Translations under genes and position numbers: made by a program
Source: Octopus bimaculoides
Taxonomy: Eukaryota
Assembly (NCBI RefSeq): GCF_001194135.2
Contig: NC_068990.1
Coordinates: 37,042,084 to 37,106,003 of the forward strand
DNA length: 63,920 bases
Reading direction: 5' to 3'
Notes under the pieces: generated by a model
Seen by the model: the letters and a program-made list of their open reading frames with translations, nothing else
Databases searched by the model: none
What the model was told of the DNA's origin: nothing
In this document: piece after piece, positions 41,992 to 53,940 of the stretch
Position numbering within the stretch: the first letter of the stretch is position 1
Layout: the number at the start of each line of letters is the position of its first letter

Positions 41992-42687
41992 CTAAAAGTA
42001 AATACAAATAAGAATTTCTTGTATTTCTCTGCAGAATCAAACAGCTTCACATAAACGGATATCTCCTTTCTTATATTTAATGGCACCATTTACATTTACA
42101 TTTTCCATTTCCAAACATTTTAATAAGACTGCTGCATATTCTCAGAAAAGAAGGAAAATCCTTGGATTTAACAATTCTAGGATTCAAATATTCGAGGGTG
42201 GAAGGAGGGATTGATGAAAATCTGCATTTTTTTCTTCATTTTCTACAGATTTATTCATATATATATATATTTTATGGTTAATATTATTTTTATTTTATTA
42301 AATATCTGTTTTATCTTTTAGGTATTTTACTTGTTTATATTACTTATCTGGAGTTTACTTCCAGAATATTCTCAGATTAATCTAAACCTTTTCTTCACTA
42401 AAATATTAACACCTGTCACATTATTTTCTATCAACAACACATTCTGTATGACTCAATAAATATTTTTCAGTGAAAATATTTTTTTTCCAGTCAGATGATT
42501 TAGCAAGAAGACTGGAAGAATTTTCACACATTTTTATTATTCTTTTTAATCTTTAGAGTCATATTTCTTTTTCCTTCTCTTTCCTTTTCTTTCTTTCGTA
42601 ATATCTTTAGTATTATTATCTTTCGTATTTATGTACCTTCAAAGTTTCGAATTATCACTATTCATTGACAATTTTTCCGCAACCTAC

Positions 42688-42736
42688 CAGAATTGACAGT
42701 TATCAATGATAAAAATTATTTTTCCTTTCCACTGTT
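42688..42736 (-). CDS. Candidate exon (E)QWKGKIIFIIDNCQF
   Basis: Acceptor gtttgtttcag and donor gtaggt. Only one frame is open; it carries a hydrophobic-strand-Asp (Walker B-like) motif. Confidence 0.25.
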
Positions 42737-42901
42737 CTGAAACAAACATGACACCCAGCTTAGAGAGAGAATGAAATATAAATTCCCTGATATATTTTGA
42801 ATATATATATATAAATATATACATATATACATATATATATATATATACATATATACACACTCATATATATATATATACACTCATATATATATATATATAC
42901 A

Positions 42902-42950
<49 letters not shown>

Positions 42951-44025
42951 TTATTCAAATGCACATATATATGCATGCATATAAATATGTATCATGTATG
43001 TGTATACACGCACAGACACACACACACACACACACACACAGAAATATATTTATATGCATGCATGAATATTAAAGTTAAGTAACAGCACTTTTCCACACAG
43101 TAATCTAAAATATCAAACAGAAACTAAGTTTTAAACAAATAAAACTATAAGTATCAGGAAAAATAAAGTAATTAGCATTAATGAAAATGATGATGATATG
43201 GAGCAAGGCAGACCAGTCTCAAATGTTGACATAACCTCTAAAATTAAAGGGCAACATGCAATGGAGAATGTGTCTGATTTTGCTATTAGAGAGACAACTC
43301 TGAACTCTGAACATGTTTCAGTCTTTTTATGCCACAATAGCAACACATAGATAACATCTAGTCACCACAATAAATGGATGATTTTAAGAATATGAAATTA
43401 TTTCTGTGAATATGCAAAAACAAACCCCTTGTTTGCCAAATATAATTAATATAATGAAACTGTTATATTCAATATTTTATTAAATATTTTCCAAATTTAA
43501 GTTTTTATATATATATAATACAAATAATAAATGAGTATATGCATATATACGTACATGCGTGTACATACCTACATCTACATGTATATATAGATCCATATCT
43601 GGGTACAGGCCGTTGCAAAAAAAACGTGGACAAAATGATAAAGAGAGTACAGAAAACATACAGGCCACATAGAGAACATTTCCTTCATCAGCTGCCACTA
43701 TTCTAAAACTAAGCGTTTCGAAGAGTTAGGGCAGGACGCATGGTTAGAATATAGTTGGAATTTACAAAAAAAAAAAAAAAAAGACAGGTGTGCAAACAAC
43801 AAGCAGATGTATTAGTTTAACACTCAGGAAGTGAGAGTCTTTTACACTTTGAGCCTACACTCTTCAACTGAAAGGAACACTGAAATAAGCAGAGAGAGAA
43901 AATAAAAAAGGTTTAGTGGCTAGTGATCAATCACGGCGAATATATACATATATAAACATATAGGGAATGTTTGTAGAAATACATAAATCCAGAGGAGAAG
44001 CACACACTAAGATGTAGAGCAGTTG

Positions 44026-44282
44026 ATATCATAGTGAGGTAGGCTGGTTTATGTGGTTACCCTGGGTTTCTTGTTCATAAGGGCTTTAGCTTCATGGTGT
44101 ATCTTGAAAGCCCAAACACTGCTGGCCTGAAACCTCTTTAAAAGAGGCCTGGCCTGAGACCTCTTTTAAAGAGGTTTCAGACCAGCAGTGTTTGGGGTCT
44201 GAAGATACACCATGAAGCTAAACCCCTTATGAACAAGAAACCCAGGGTAACCACATAAACCAGCCTACCCAACCATAATATA
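44026..44282. mobile_element. ~230-bp near-perfect palindrome (foldback MITE-like)
   Basis: Arms from 44038 and to 44269 are reverse complements at high identity, with TA-rich flanks. Confidence 0.8.
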
Positions 44283-45699
44283 TATACATGTATATATATA
44301 TTCACATATATCTTTTTATCTTTTACTTATTTCAGACATAGGGACATTCGGCTGTGTCTGTGCAGGGGCACCACCTTGAAGGGTTTCATTCATCCAATTT
44401 ATTGCAGTACTAATTTTTAAAATTTGGTATTTGTTTTAAAGGACTCTTATGCCAAAGCTCTAAGTTGCAGGGATGTCAAGTTGTGTGAGTGGATAAGAAA
44501 CACCAACACAACAATACACATCCACAAACACAAACACATACACTCACACACAAATGCACGTATGTACAAACACACATATAATATTTATATATGTCTATAT
44601 ATATATACATACATGTGCGTGTGTGTGTGTGTGTGTATACAATTATAAATAAAGGCAAAAAGAAAAAAATTTCTTTGCAAATATGCAGTAAAATAGACGC
44701 TAGATTGTCTAACCACATAAGATATTTTCACTTGTATTATTTATTACACCATGCGTAATACCTTAAAAGGTATTTTTCATATGCTGGCCACTGATAAAAA
44801 TTTTCAATAAAATTTTATCCTTATATTAGAAGTATATATATATATATAATTGCAGCGTGGAAGGTGTTTATAAGCCATTTAAGAAACACACAAGAACTGT
44901 TAGATTCACTTCAACATTTAAAATTAATTTGCCAAAATATTTTCATCGCTTTGAGACTGTGACCTGTTCAGTGACAAAATTCCCTTTGTATGTATGTATG
45001 TATGTATGTATCTATGTATGCATGTATATACACATGCATATATAAATGTATAGCTCTGTGCAATTATTATTTACAGTGGCTTAAATGAAATGGTGTTATT
45101 GTTGATTTGTTGTTTTATGTTCTGTATCATAGTGGCTTGACAAATAGAGGAAGATATTACAAATACCTGACTAATATAAGTCCTGGTGTTTATATGATCA
45201 GTGGCAACCCTTGACAGAACTATGGTCATAGTCCACAGAAGGAAACCAGTATAATAAAAGAAAGAGTACTAATACATGTGTATATATATATATATTTATA
45301 TTTATATATATATATATATATAATGAGAGGGAGATAGATAGATAGATAGACAGATTGAGAGAGAGAGAAAGAAAGAGAGCAAGATGAATATTTATACATA
45401 TATACACACATAAAAGCACACATGCATACACATGCTTGTATATGTATGTAGAAAGTTTTGCAGTTTGCTTGAAAGCTTTCCAGAATATGTAAAAATTCAG
45501 TGTGTTATAGGCAGCGATAGCAATGCAGAAAGAACGCTAAATATAAAAAATAACTATAACAAAGATATCAAAATGTTACCTTAGTAATATTTGCTTAGTC
45601 CTGTTTTGAGTTAAAAATGCCTTTTCAAAAGCTTTAAAGAACAAGAGAAAGATAGAGGGGTGGAGAGAGATAGAAAGAGAGAGAGAGAGAGATTATATT

Positions 45700-46220
45700 A
45701 CATGACCATTTTGTTGTATCAGATCCTTGTGTGTCGTAATAGAATTACCATGTGTTGAAAGGTGTAGAAATTTGGGGCTGTGGTTTGTGTTCCATGATCT
45801 AAGTGTCAGGTTGAGGTGATATATGTATGAGGAAGAAGTGGATCAAATATTGTGAATCATGATATTCATATTATCCACTGCACTCATTCAAATCAAGTCA
45901 GCTGTTACTTGGTGTTTTATTTTTTTATCAGAATAGCTATTTTTTTTTATCCGTAAGTGATATTGTGGTCTATAGCTGTCCTCTTCATGTTCCTATATTT
46001 TTTTGACATGTTTCTTTTGAAAGATGATGAGAGTGTGTTGAGATGCTCTTTAATTCAGATATGCAATGTAGCTGAATTATGGTACCAGTGTAACATTCAT
46101 TGAATTTAGCACACTAGATCTAATATTCCATCATGAGGATTCTGCTTGCATATTGTTCATGCTTTGTTGAAGGGTGGGAAAATACCACTGGAAGGTGTTG
46201 TAGTTCACGTCTCCCTTCTC
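45700..46220 (-). mobile_element. Possible PLE N-terminal fragment, inverted
   Basis: Complex sequence with broken frames, directly abutting the GIY-YIG fragment in the opposite orientation. Confidence 0.25.
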
Positions 46221-46229
46221 TTTAAGCAT

Positions 46230-46770
46230 AAAAATTTGTGTGGGTAGGATTTTTCTCAGTTTAGTGGATAAACACTTTCCTTGTATGGACAGGTACACTA
46301 AAATTTTTTATACATATATCTCAAAAGTTTCCTTTAGGTCTACACCCAGTGTGAAAAAGCTATTGGTAGGTAGACCCACACTTGAGACAGAGGTAGGATG
46401 CACATGTAGTAGTAACTTCACATGTCCCCTTAATGGCCACTGTAACATGGAAACAGTAGTACATGAGGCAGAGGTAGCATCAAAAGGCCTAAAGGGGCAA
46501 GCAAACGTGTGGAACAGATTCAATAATCATAGGTCCCCATTCAGTATCTTGGACAGATGAAATGCTACAGCCCTGGCCAGGAACATATGGTCGTTAAAGA
46601 AAAGTACTACAGAGTACCGAATAAAGTAGAACATCTTAGAAAAGTGCAATGCTTATTTTAATTGCAGCAGAAAGTGCAGGTTATGTTTAGCTGAGTAAAG
46701 AACCATGTTAAAAAACCTGAACTGCAGTAGTGACATTTTTAGGCATTGCCCACATGAAAGAATATGTATT
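46230..46770 (+). mobile_element. Penelope-like element GIY-YIG endonuclease fragment
   Basis: GRIFLSLVDKHFP..KVSFRSTP..CTC..TCPLNGHC..VVHEAEV..RFNNHRS..TALARNIWSLK..KCRLCLAE..FRHCPH, with stops. Confidence 0.85.
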
Positions 46771-47689
46771 TTATCATACTTACGAGCCCCATCACTACTA
46801 TCACCAGTTCTCTATCATCAGCGTTTTCACCAGCATATGCTGAGAACCCAACAAAAAGTTTAACCAAAACACACACTGTGTGTGTGTGTATGAGAGAGAG
46901 AGAGAGTGTGTGTGTGTGTGCATGAGTGTGTGTGTCTGTGTACATGTGATTACCCATATATTTTTTTAACTAAACATCTCCTTGACTTTGAATTATAAAC
47001 AAAAATCAATGTGATAAAATATATATAAGCATTACTCAAATAATATACAAACATATAACTCCCAATGGTAGCTGTTATATCATACAATGAGTCATTTAAT
47101 ACCTCTGCAGATCACAGTTTATTCACTGAGTATAATCCTGCCTGGTTTAGGGTGAGATTAGATATTTTGCTATCCATATGTTCAACTAATCTGGAGTAGC
47201 TATCTATATTTTCATATGAATCACCGAGTTAAGATGCAAATTAAATGGGAATATGATGCATGATAGGGAATGAAATGGGATGAAATATCAGTATATAAAC
47301 ATACATGGTGCAAGAAATATAAATAGCATGAAGATAAGGTAAAAAAGAAACCCAACAGAGTGTATTGGGTTTACACTCAGGAAATTGAAGAAATTGGGAC
47401 AAGCCTTTTACATTTTGTGTTTAGGCTCTTCTTCTGAAAAAGTACTCCAGGAGAGAGAAAGTGGAAAAAGAGAAGAACACATATGTGTCTGCTGAACAGT
47501 CCCAGCATACTGAAGTGACTGGAAGTGGTAAAGAGGATGCCTTATATGTATAGATGTACACACACACATACATACACACATATATGTCTTCATTCTATTC
47601 TTTGCTGCCAAAACGAGAGGATCAATCCACACTTCGTATCTTGTTATTTTTCTCTCTGGACCATATTCTGAATTTTTAATTCCCCTGAA

Positions 47690-48067
47690 GAAAATGGTTA
47701 GCCTACCTAGATGAGAAGCAGCTTGGATTTGTGCTATCTTCTTGGTTAGAGAACTGCAGGAGAAGTACTAGGCAAAAACCAAACTTCTGTATTTGGCATT
47801 TGTTGATATGGAGAAAGCCTTTGACAGGGTCTCTTATCTCGTGGGCAAGGAATTTAGTATACAAGTAGGAGTTCACCAGGGATTGGTTCTCAGCCCCCTC
47901 TTGTTTATCATAGTCCTCCAGATTATAAGAGAGGAATTTTAGTCTGGCTGCTCTATGCTGATGACATTGTTCTAGTAGCTAAATCATTACCAAAGTTAGA
48001 GAAGAAATTTTATGTATGGAATCAAGATCTGGAATCAAAAGGCCTTAGAATTAATTTGCCAAAGACT
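47690..48067 (+). mobile_element. RTE-clade LINE reverse transcriptase fragment
   Basis: RELQEKY..LYLAFVDMEKAFDRV, VGVHQGLVLSPLLFIIVL, LYADDIVLV and LESKGLRINLPKT, with internal deletions. Confidence 0.88.
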
Positions 48068-48922
48068 TAATTAGAATTAATTTACCCAAGGTGCAACATA
48101 GTGGGACTGAACCCGGAACCATGTGGTTGGGAAGCAAGCTTCTTACCACACAGCCACGCCTGTACCTTGGGAGCATTTTATCCGTCTTAATATTCTGAGT
48201 TCAAATTCCGCCAGTGTTGACTTTGCCTTTCATCCTTTCGGGGGTCAATGAAATAAATACCAGCTGAACTCTGGGGTCGATGCATTGACTTAATACACTC
48301 TACCTCGAAATTCCTGGCCTTAAACCATAATGTGAAACCAATGTTTTTGATCTTGTTAATACTGATACTGTTACTAACACTATTGATGTTATTGTTGTTG
48401 TTGATAAGACTCTCACTGCTCTTATTTTTGGTATTGTTGTCATTGTCATTGCTGCAATTATTTCTGTTGTCAATGTAGTTGCAGCTGAAGGCAACGAGCT
48501 GGCAGAAATGTTAGCATGCCAGGCAAAATGCTTAGCAGTATTTCATCTGTCTTTACATTCTGAGTTCAAATTCCGCCGAGGTCAACTTTGTCTTTCATCC
48601 TTTCGGGGTGGATAAATTAAGTACCAGCTACACACTGGGTTCGATGTTATCGACTTAATCCCTATGTCTGTCCTTCTTTGTCTACTCTATGTTTACCCCT
48701 TGTAGGCAATAAAGAAATAAGAAGCTTTAGCATGCCAGGCGAAATGCTTAGTGGCATTTCGTCTGCTGCTACGTTCTGAGTTCAAATTCTGCCGAGGTCG
48801 ACTTTGCCTTCCATCCTTTTGGGGGTCGATAAATTAAGTACCAGTTGCATACTGGGATCAATCTAATCGACTAGCTCCCTCCCCCAAAACTTCAGGCCTT
48901 GTGCCTAGAGTAGAAAAGAATT
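48068..48922. mobile_element. SINE cluster: family B head (-, 48068-48165) and three family A copies (+; ~48170-48335, 48489-48720, 48725-48922)
   Basis: Repeated family A consensus arranged head-to-tail. Confidence 0.85.
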
Positions 48923-49060
48923 TTGTTGCTGCTACAGCTGATGTTGATGTTGCTACGATTGTCATTATTTTCCTTGTTATTAATATTGTTACAGCTATTG
49001 TTATTGCTTTACTGTTATTGATGTTCTTGTAAATGTGTTGTTTCTATGCATGTTGTTGCT

Positions 49061-49481
49061 AGGCTCAGAAGTGGCTGTGTGGTAAGTAGCTTGCTTACCA
49101 ACCACATGGTTCCGGGTTCATTCCCACTGGGCAAGTGTCTTCTACTATAGCACCTTGGGTAAGTGTCTTCTACTATAGCCTCAGGCTAACCAAAGCCTTG
49201 TGAGTGGATTTGGTAGATGGAAACAGAAAAAAGCCCGTCGTATATATGTATATATATATATATGTGTGTGTTTGTGTGTCTGTTTGTCCCCCCATCATCG
49301 CTTGACAACCAATGCTGGTGTGTTTACGTCCCCGTAACTTAGCAGTTCAGCATAAGAGACTGATAGAATAAGTACTAGGCTTACAAAGAATAAGTCCTGG
49401 GGTCGATGATTTGCTCGACTAAAGGTGGTGTTCCAGCATGGCCACAGTCAAATGAAAGAAACAAGTAAAAGAGTAAAAGAG
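49061..49481 (+). mobile_element. Family B SINE, full length
   Basis: tRNA-like head GTGGCTGTGTGGTAAGTAG..GGGTTCATTCCCA, internal (TA)n(TG)n and a tail ending GTAAAAGAGTAAAAGAG. Confidence 0.88.
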
Positions 49482-50118
49482 CTGTTGTTGTTGCTTTTAC
49501 TTTTGTTAGTGATATTTCACCTATTGTTTTTCCTACTACTGCTACGATACTATTATTGTTGTTGTTACTAACTAATACTGCTGCTGCTGTTGCCGCTGCT
49601 GTTCTTGCAGCTCTAAGTGCAGCAGGGTCTTCTAGTGCCCTCCCTTAATACAAAGCTGCACAGCAGTTCAATCTGTGGTGAATCAGCTCAGTAATATTTC
49701 ATCTCTGCAATCACGCAATTCAAACTAATTTTCCATTTGCTTCATCATTTCCTTTTTTTTTTTTTTTTTTTTTCTAGGTTGGTTGTTTGTTTATTTGTTT
49801 ATGTGATGTTTCTTTCAGAAAAATATTAGCAATAATGTTTCTCTGTCCATCATCATCGTCTTCATCACCATCCTGTTCATCATCATCATCATCATCATCT
49901 TCACCATCACCACCACTGTTACTATCACTACTACTATAACAGCAACATCACCAACATTACCAATGACAACAACAACAACAATACTGCAACAATCACTATT
50001 ATCACTATCAGCATCATCATTATTATTATCATTATTATTATTCTTATTATTATTATCATTATTATTATTATCATTATCATTATTATTATTATCATTATTA
50101 TTATTATCCTCATTATAT

Positions 50119-50520
50119 AAGGTGGTGAGTTGGCAGAATGGCTAGCATGCTGAGAGAAATGTTTAGAGGAATTTCGTTCATCTTTACATTCTGAGTTCAA
50201 ATTCCACCGAGGTCGACTTTGGCTTTCATCCTTTCAGGGTTGATAAATTAAGTACCAGTGATTCACTGGGGTCGATGCAATCAACTTGTTCTCTGCCCCC
50301 AAATTTCAGGCCTTGTGCCTTTATTAGAAAGAATTATTATATAGGGTGGTGAGCTGCTAGAATGGCTAGCACACTGGGTGAAATGTTTCATAGCATTTTG
50401 TCCAGCTGTACAGACGGAGTTCAAATTCTGCCGAAGTCAACTTTACTTTTCATCCTTTTGGGGTCGATAAATTAAGTACCAGTAAAACACTGAGCTTGAT
50501 GTAATTGACTAGTCTCCTCC
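50119..50520 (+). mobile_element. Two tandem family A SINEs (50119-50340, 50343-50520)
   Basis: Consensus match. They follow an (ATT)n tract. Confidence 0.85.
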
Positions 50521-50639
50521 ATGTTCTTTTCCCTTCAAGCTATTTGCCCAGTGGTTCAGCTTTCTAATTTTCAAATCTTTCACAGTTACAGAGACTTCTT
50601 CAACATTTCTATCCACAGATAATATTCTTTCCCTACTAT

Positions 50640-51046
50640 TCTTTTATTCTTTTACTTGATTCAGTCATTTGACAGTGGCCATGCTGGAACCTTTAATCGA
50701 ACAAATCAACCACAGGCTTATTCTTTGTAAGCCTAGTACTCATCCTATTGGTCTATTTTGCTGAACTGCTAAGGTACAGAGATGTAAACACACTAACATC
50801 AGCTGTCAAGTGATGGTGGGGGGGGACAAACACAGACACATACACAAATATATACACACACACGTGCATACACACACACACATACACACACATATATATA
50901 TGACTGGCTTCTTTCAGTTTCTGTCTACCAAATCCACTCACAAGGCTATAGTTGAGAACACAAGCCCAACGTGCCAGGCAGTAGGAGTGAACCCAGAACT
51001 ATGTGGTTGGGAAGTAAGATTCTTACTACACAGTCACACTGTGCCT
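50640..51046 (-). mobile_element. Family B SINE
   Basis: Reverse complement of the 49061-49481 copy. Confidence 0.85.
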
Positions 51047-52257
51047 ATGTCCAACATAATTTTGCAAACCTCCAAATCTGCGCTAATGGTGTCTTCTGCA
51101 TTTAACAACATCGATTCCCTTCCCTTCTCGGAAAGCAAAGTCTGTTTTCATTACTTTTAGAGTGGTGTACAGTAACTTACTCATCTCAATTATTAGTATC
51201 TTTTTAAATGAGACTTTTAGTAATAATGGCTTTCAGATAAAATTCAATACTCATACTGATTTAATGATCCTATAAAGATATTCTAATAAATAATTTGTGA
51301 ATTAATTTACATTTTAGTTTAAGCATATGATCTAGTATTGCAAAAGATAGCCTAAATTTAATTTCTTTACATTTCCATATGAAACACACTTAACAGAATT
51401 CTAATTAAGGTTAACTACTAAATATTACTGGAAATATTTTTCAAACTCAATTCAAAAGCATTCCACCATCAACATTACATTCTCTTCTACCTGCAATTTT
51501 ATTGCTCTAAACAGTTGTGCACTAGATGGTAATTACATTTTGAAATCTTTAGTATATTGTGCTATAGGTACAAGACAATAGCACACCAAAGACGTATATT
51601 ACAATAAACTTCAGTTCTTATTTTTATTAGCAAATTAATTCATCAGTTCATTTAAGAATTCAGATGAAAAATTTAAAAACAAGCCTATCTGAGTATATGT
51701 AGTTTTTACAACAACCAAGTCTGATGTTGACCAGAATCAAATGGTCATTTCTCAAAAATGCTTTGCCATATTCATATGCCTGCTTTCACATTAACCTGCA
51801 TGGTCACTAATACACTATTTAGTGTATTAGTGACCATTTGTTCATCATGATAACTTCAAGTTATAGTAAGTGATGTCATAATCCTCTAGACATGCTTCAA
51901 AATAACTATTTCATAACAGTGTACCATCAAAGAGATAATTTCAGGAATTAACTATAAGATATGGATAATTTTCATTTCCATTTTTGTCTCTGCTTTTGGA
52001 TTTTAATAGTTTCAGTTAATTTTAGTTGCAGAGTGAAACATTTTTTATAGATCAGTAATTGCAACTGGTTACTTTCTGCATATTTCCTTCACTCATATAT
52101 ATTTATAATTTTAGGTATTTTTAGATATTTTCTTCACATATAGATACATATTGTATTGTTTTTCTTCTTAGAGATGGAGAAGGGAACAGCATTAGCTACC
52201 TACTTTTTTAATTCACTAGAGAAAGAAATCCTTAATACCATCACTAAATTTTTATAA

Positions 52258-52400
52258 GGCACAGGAGTGGCTGTGTTATAAGTAGCTTGCTTACCAACCA
52301 CATGGTTCTGGGTTCAGTTCCACTGTGTGACGCCTTGGGCCAACCAAAGCCTTGTGAGTAAATTTGGTAGATGGAACCTGAAATAAGCCCTTCGTATATT

Positions 52401-52431
<31 letters not shown>

Positions 52432-52633
52432 TTGTGTGTCTGTGTTTGTCCACCCACCATCGCTTGACAACCGATGTTGGTGCGTTTACATCTCCATAAC
52501 TTATCAGTTCGGCAAAAGAGACCGATCGAATAAGTACCAGGCTTACAAAGAATAAGTCCTGGGGTCGATTTGCTCAACTAAAGGAAGTGCTCCAGCATGG
52601 CCATAGTCAAATGACTGAAACAAGTAAAAGAAT
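52258..52633 (+). mobile_element. Family B SINE
   Basis: Consensus match to 49061-49481. Confidence 0.88.
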
Positions 52634-52711
52634 ACTATCAACCAATAAATTCCTTTTGCTCCATTTTATCCATCTGAGGCTGGTTACGCTATTCAAATAC
52701 CTCCCTAGTAT

Positions 52712-52876
52712 ACATTAGTTACATTTGACGGATATTTGTCTTCGTCTTGTTTGTTGTTAACATGTTTCGGCTGATATACCCTCCAGCCTTCATCAGGACA
52801 AATGAGGAGAAATATCCATCAAATGTAAATAATGTAAATAATGTACATAATTCCTCATCTCTTAAATATAGAACTG
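52712..52876. mobile_element. 165-bp hammerhead-bearing miniature PLE/pLTR-like element with 14-bp TSD
   Basis: TSD TACCTCCCTAGTAT at 52698-52711 and 52877-52890. Internal inverted arms at ~52713-52750 and ~52798-52833 enclose a hammerhead. Confidence 0.8.
52755..52801 (-). ncRNA. Minimal hammerhead ribozyme motif
   Basis: Minus strand reads TTGTC-CTGATGA-AGGCTG(gagggtatat)CAGCC-GAAAC-AT-GTT-AACAA, with palindromic AACATGTT at stem III. Confidence 0.75.
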
Positions 52877-52904
52877 TACCTCCCTAGTATGTTTATCTCA
52901 TAAG

Positions 52905-53478
52905 TAAAAAGGTAAGGTAAAAACCCCCTTCTGTCATGAATGACCATGGGATTGCAGCCTAGAAAGTTCCCACCTAGACACAAATCTGGGCAAGGTTGTT
53001 TATAGAAGAAGGCGGCGAGATGGCAGAAATGTTAGCACGCAGGCGAAATGCTTAGCGGTATTTCGTCTGCTGTTACGTCCTGAGTTCAAATTCCACTGAG
53101 GTCGACTTTGCCTTTCATCCTTTCGAGGTCGATAAATTAAGTACCAGTTACGCACCGGGGTCGATGTAATCGACTTAATCTCTTTGTCTGTCCTTGTTTG
53201 TCCCCTCTATGTTTAGCCCCTTGAGAGCAATAAAGAAATAAAGTTGTTTATGGAAGACCAGCAGTCGCCCAAGCATACCACTCTCCACACCAAAGGAAAG
53301 GCAAAGGCTGATACAGCTTGGCACCAGTGACATCGTAACTCATTTCTACAGATAAGCAAACTGGAGCAGTGTGAAATAAAATGTCTTGCTTAAGGACGCA
53401 ACACACAGCCCGGTCTGGGAATCGAACTCACTACCTTATGATTGTGATCCCAATGCGCTAAGCACTGAACCATGAACC
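52905..53478 (-). mobile_element. tRNA-headed SINE, family D, interrupted by a family A copy
   Basis: Head on the minus strand at ~53400-53478 (GTGAGTTCGATTCCCAGACCGGGC) and a CORE-like TCCTTAAGCAAGACATTTTATTTCAC segment. Confidence 0.7.
53010..53242 (+). mobile_element. Young family A SINE with 15-bp TSD
   Basis: TSD GTTGTTTAT(A/G)GAAGA at 52995-53009 and 53243-53257. Confidence 0.9.
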
Positions 53479-53703
53479 TTCAACATTTTTGCATTCTGTT
53501 TTTCCTGATCATCTGGAATGATTTGTGTAGTTGCTGTTTCCAATAAAATATATTATATAACTCTACATTCAGATCTCAGTACTGAGTAATCTCTTTTTCC
53601 CTTGCATGTTCACATTGAAATGCTTACACATACACACACACACTCATATACATACATACATGCATTTATATACACACATGTACATAAGTGTACAAGCATA
53701 TAA

Positions 53704-53756
<53 letters not shown>

Positions 53757-53899
53757 CACCCACACAAATGTACATATGTGTACATGTATATATGTATATA
53801 CACATGTACATATGTGTACATGTATATATGTATATACACATACACCCACACATACACACATATATAAACATATATATATATATACATACATATACGCAC

Positions 53900-53940
<41 letters not shown>

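Noticed and set aside
48170-50520. Regularly recurring ~200-bp units suggesting a CRISPR-like or satellite array
   Set aside because: They are dispersed SINE copies of variable divergence with TSDs and tails in a eukaryotic genome, with no repeat-spacer structure.
51073-51145. Protein-like minus-strand stretch TLLSEKGRESMLLNAEDTISADLE
   Set aside because: The acceptor lacks a pyrimidine tract and the implied upstream intron is only ~39 nt.
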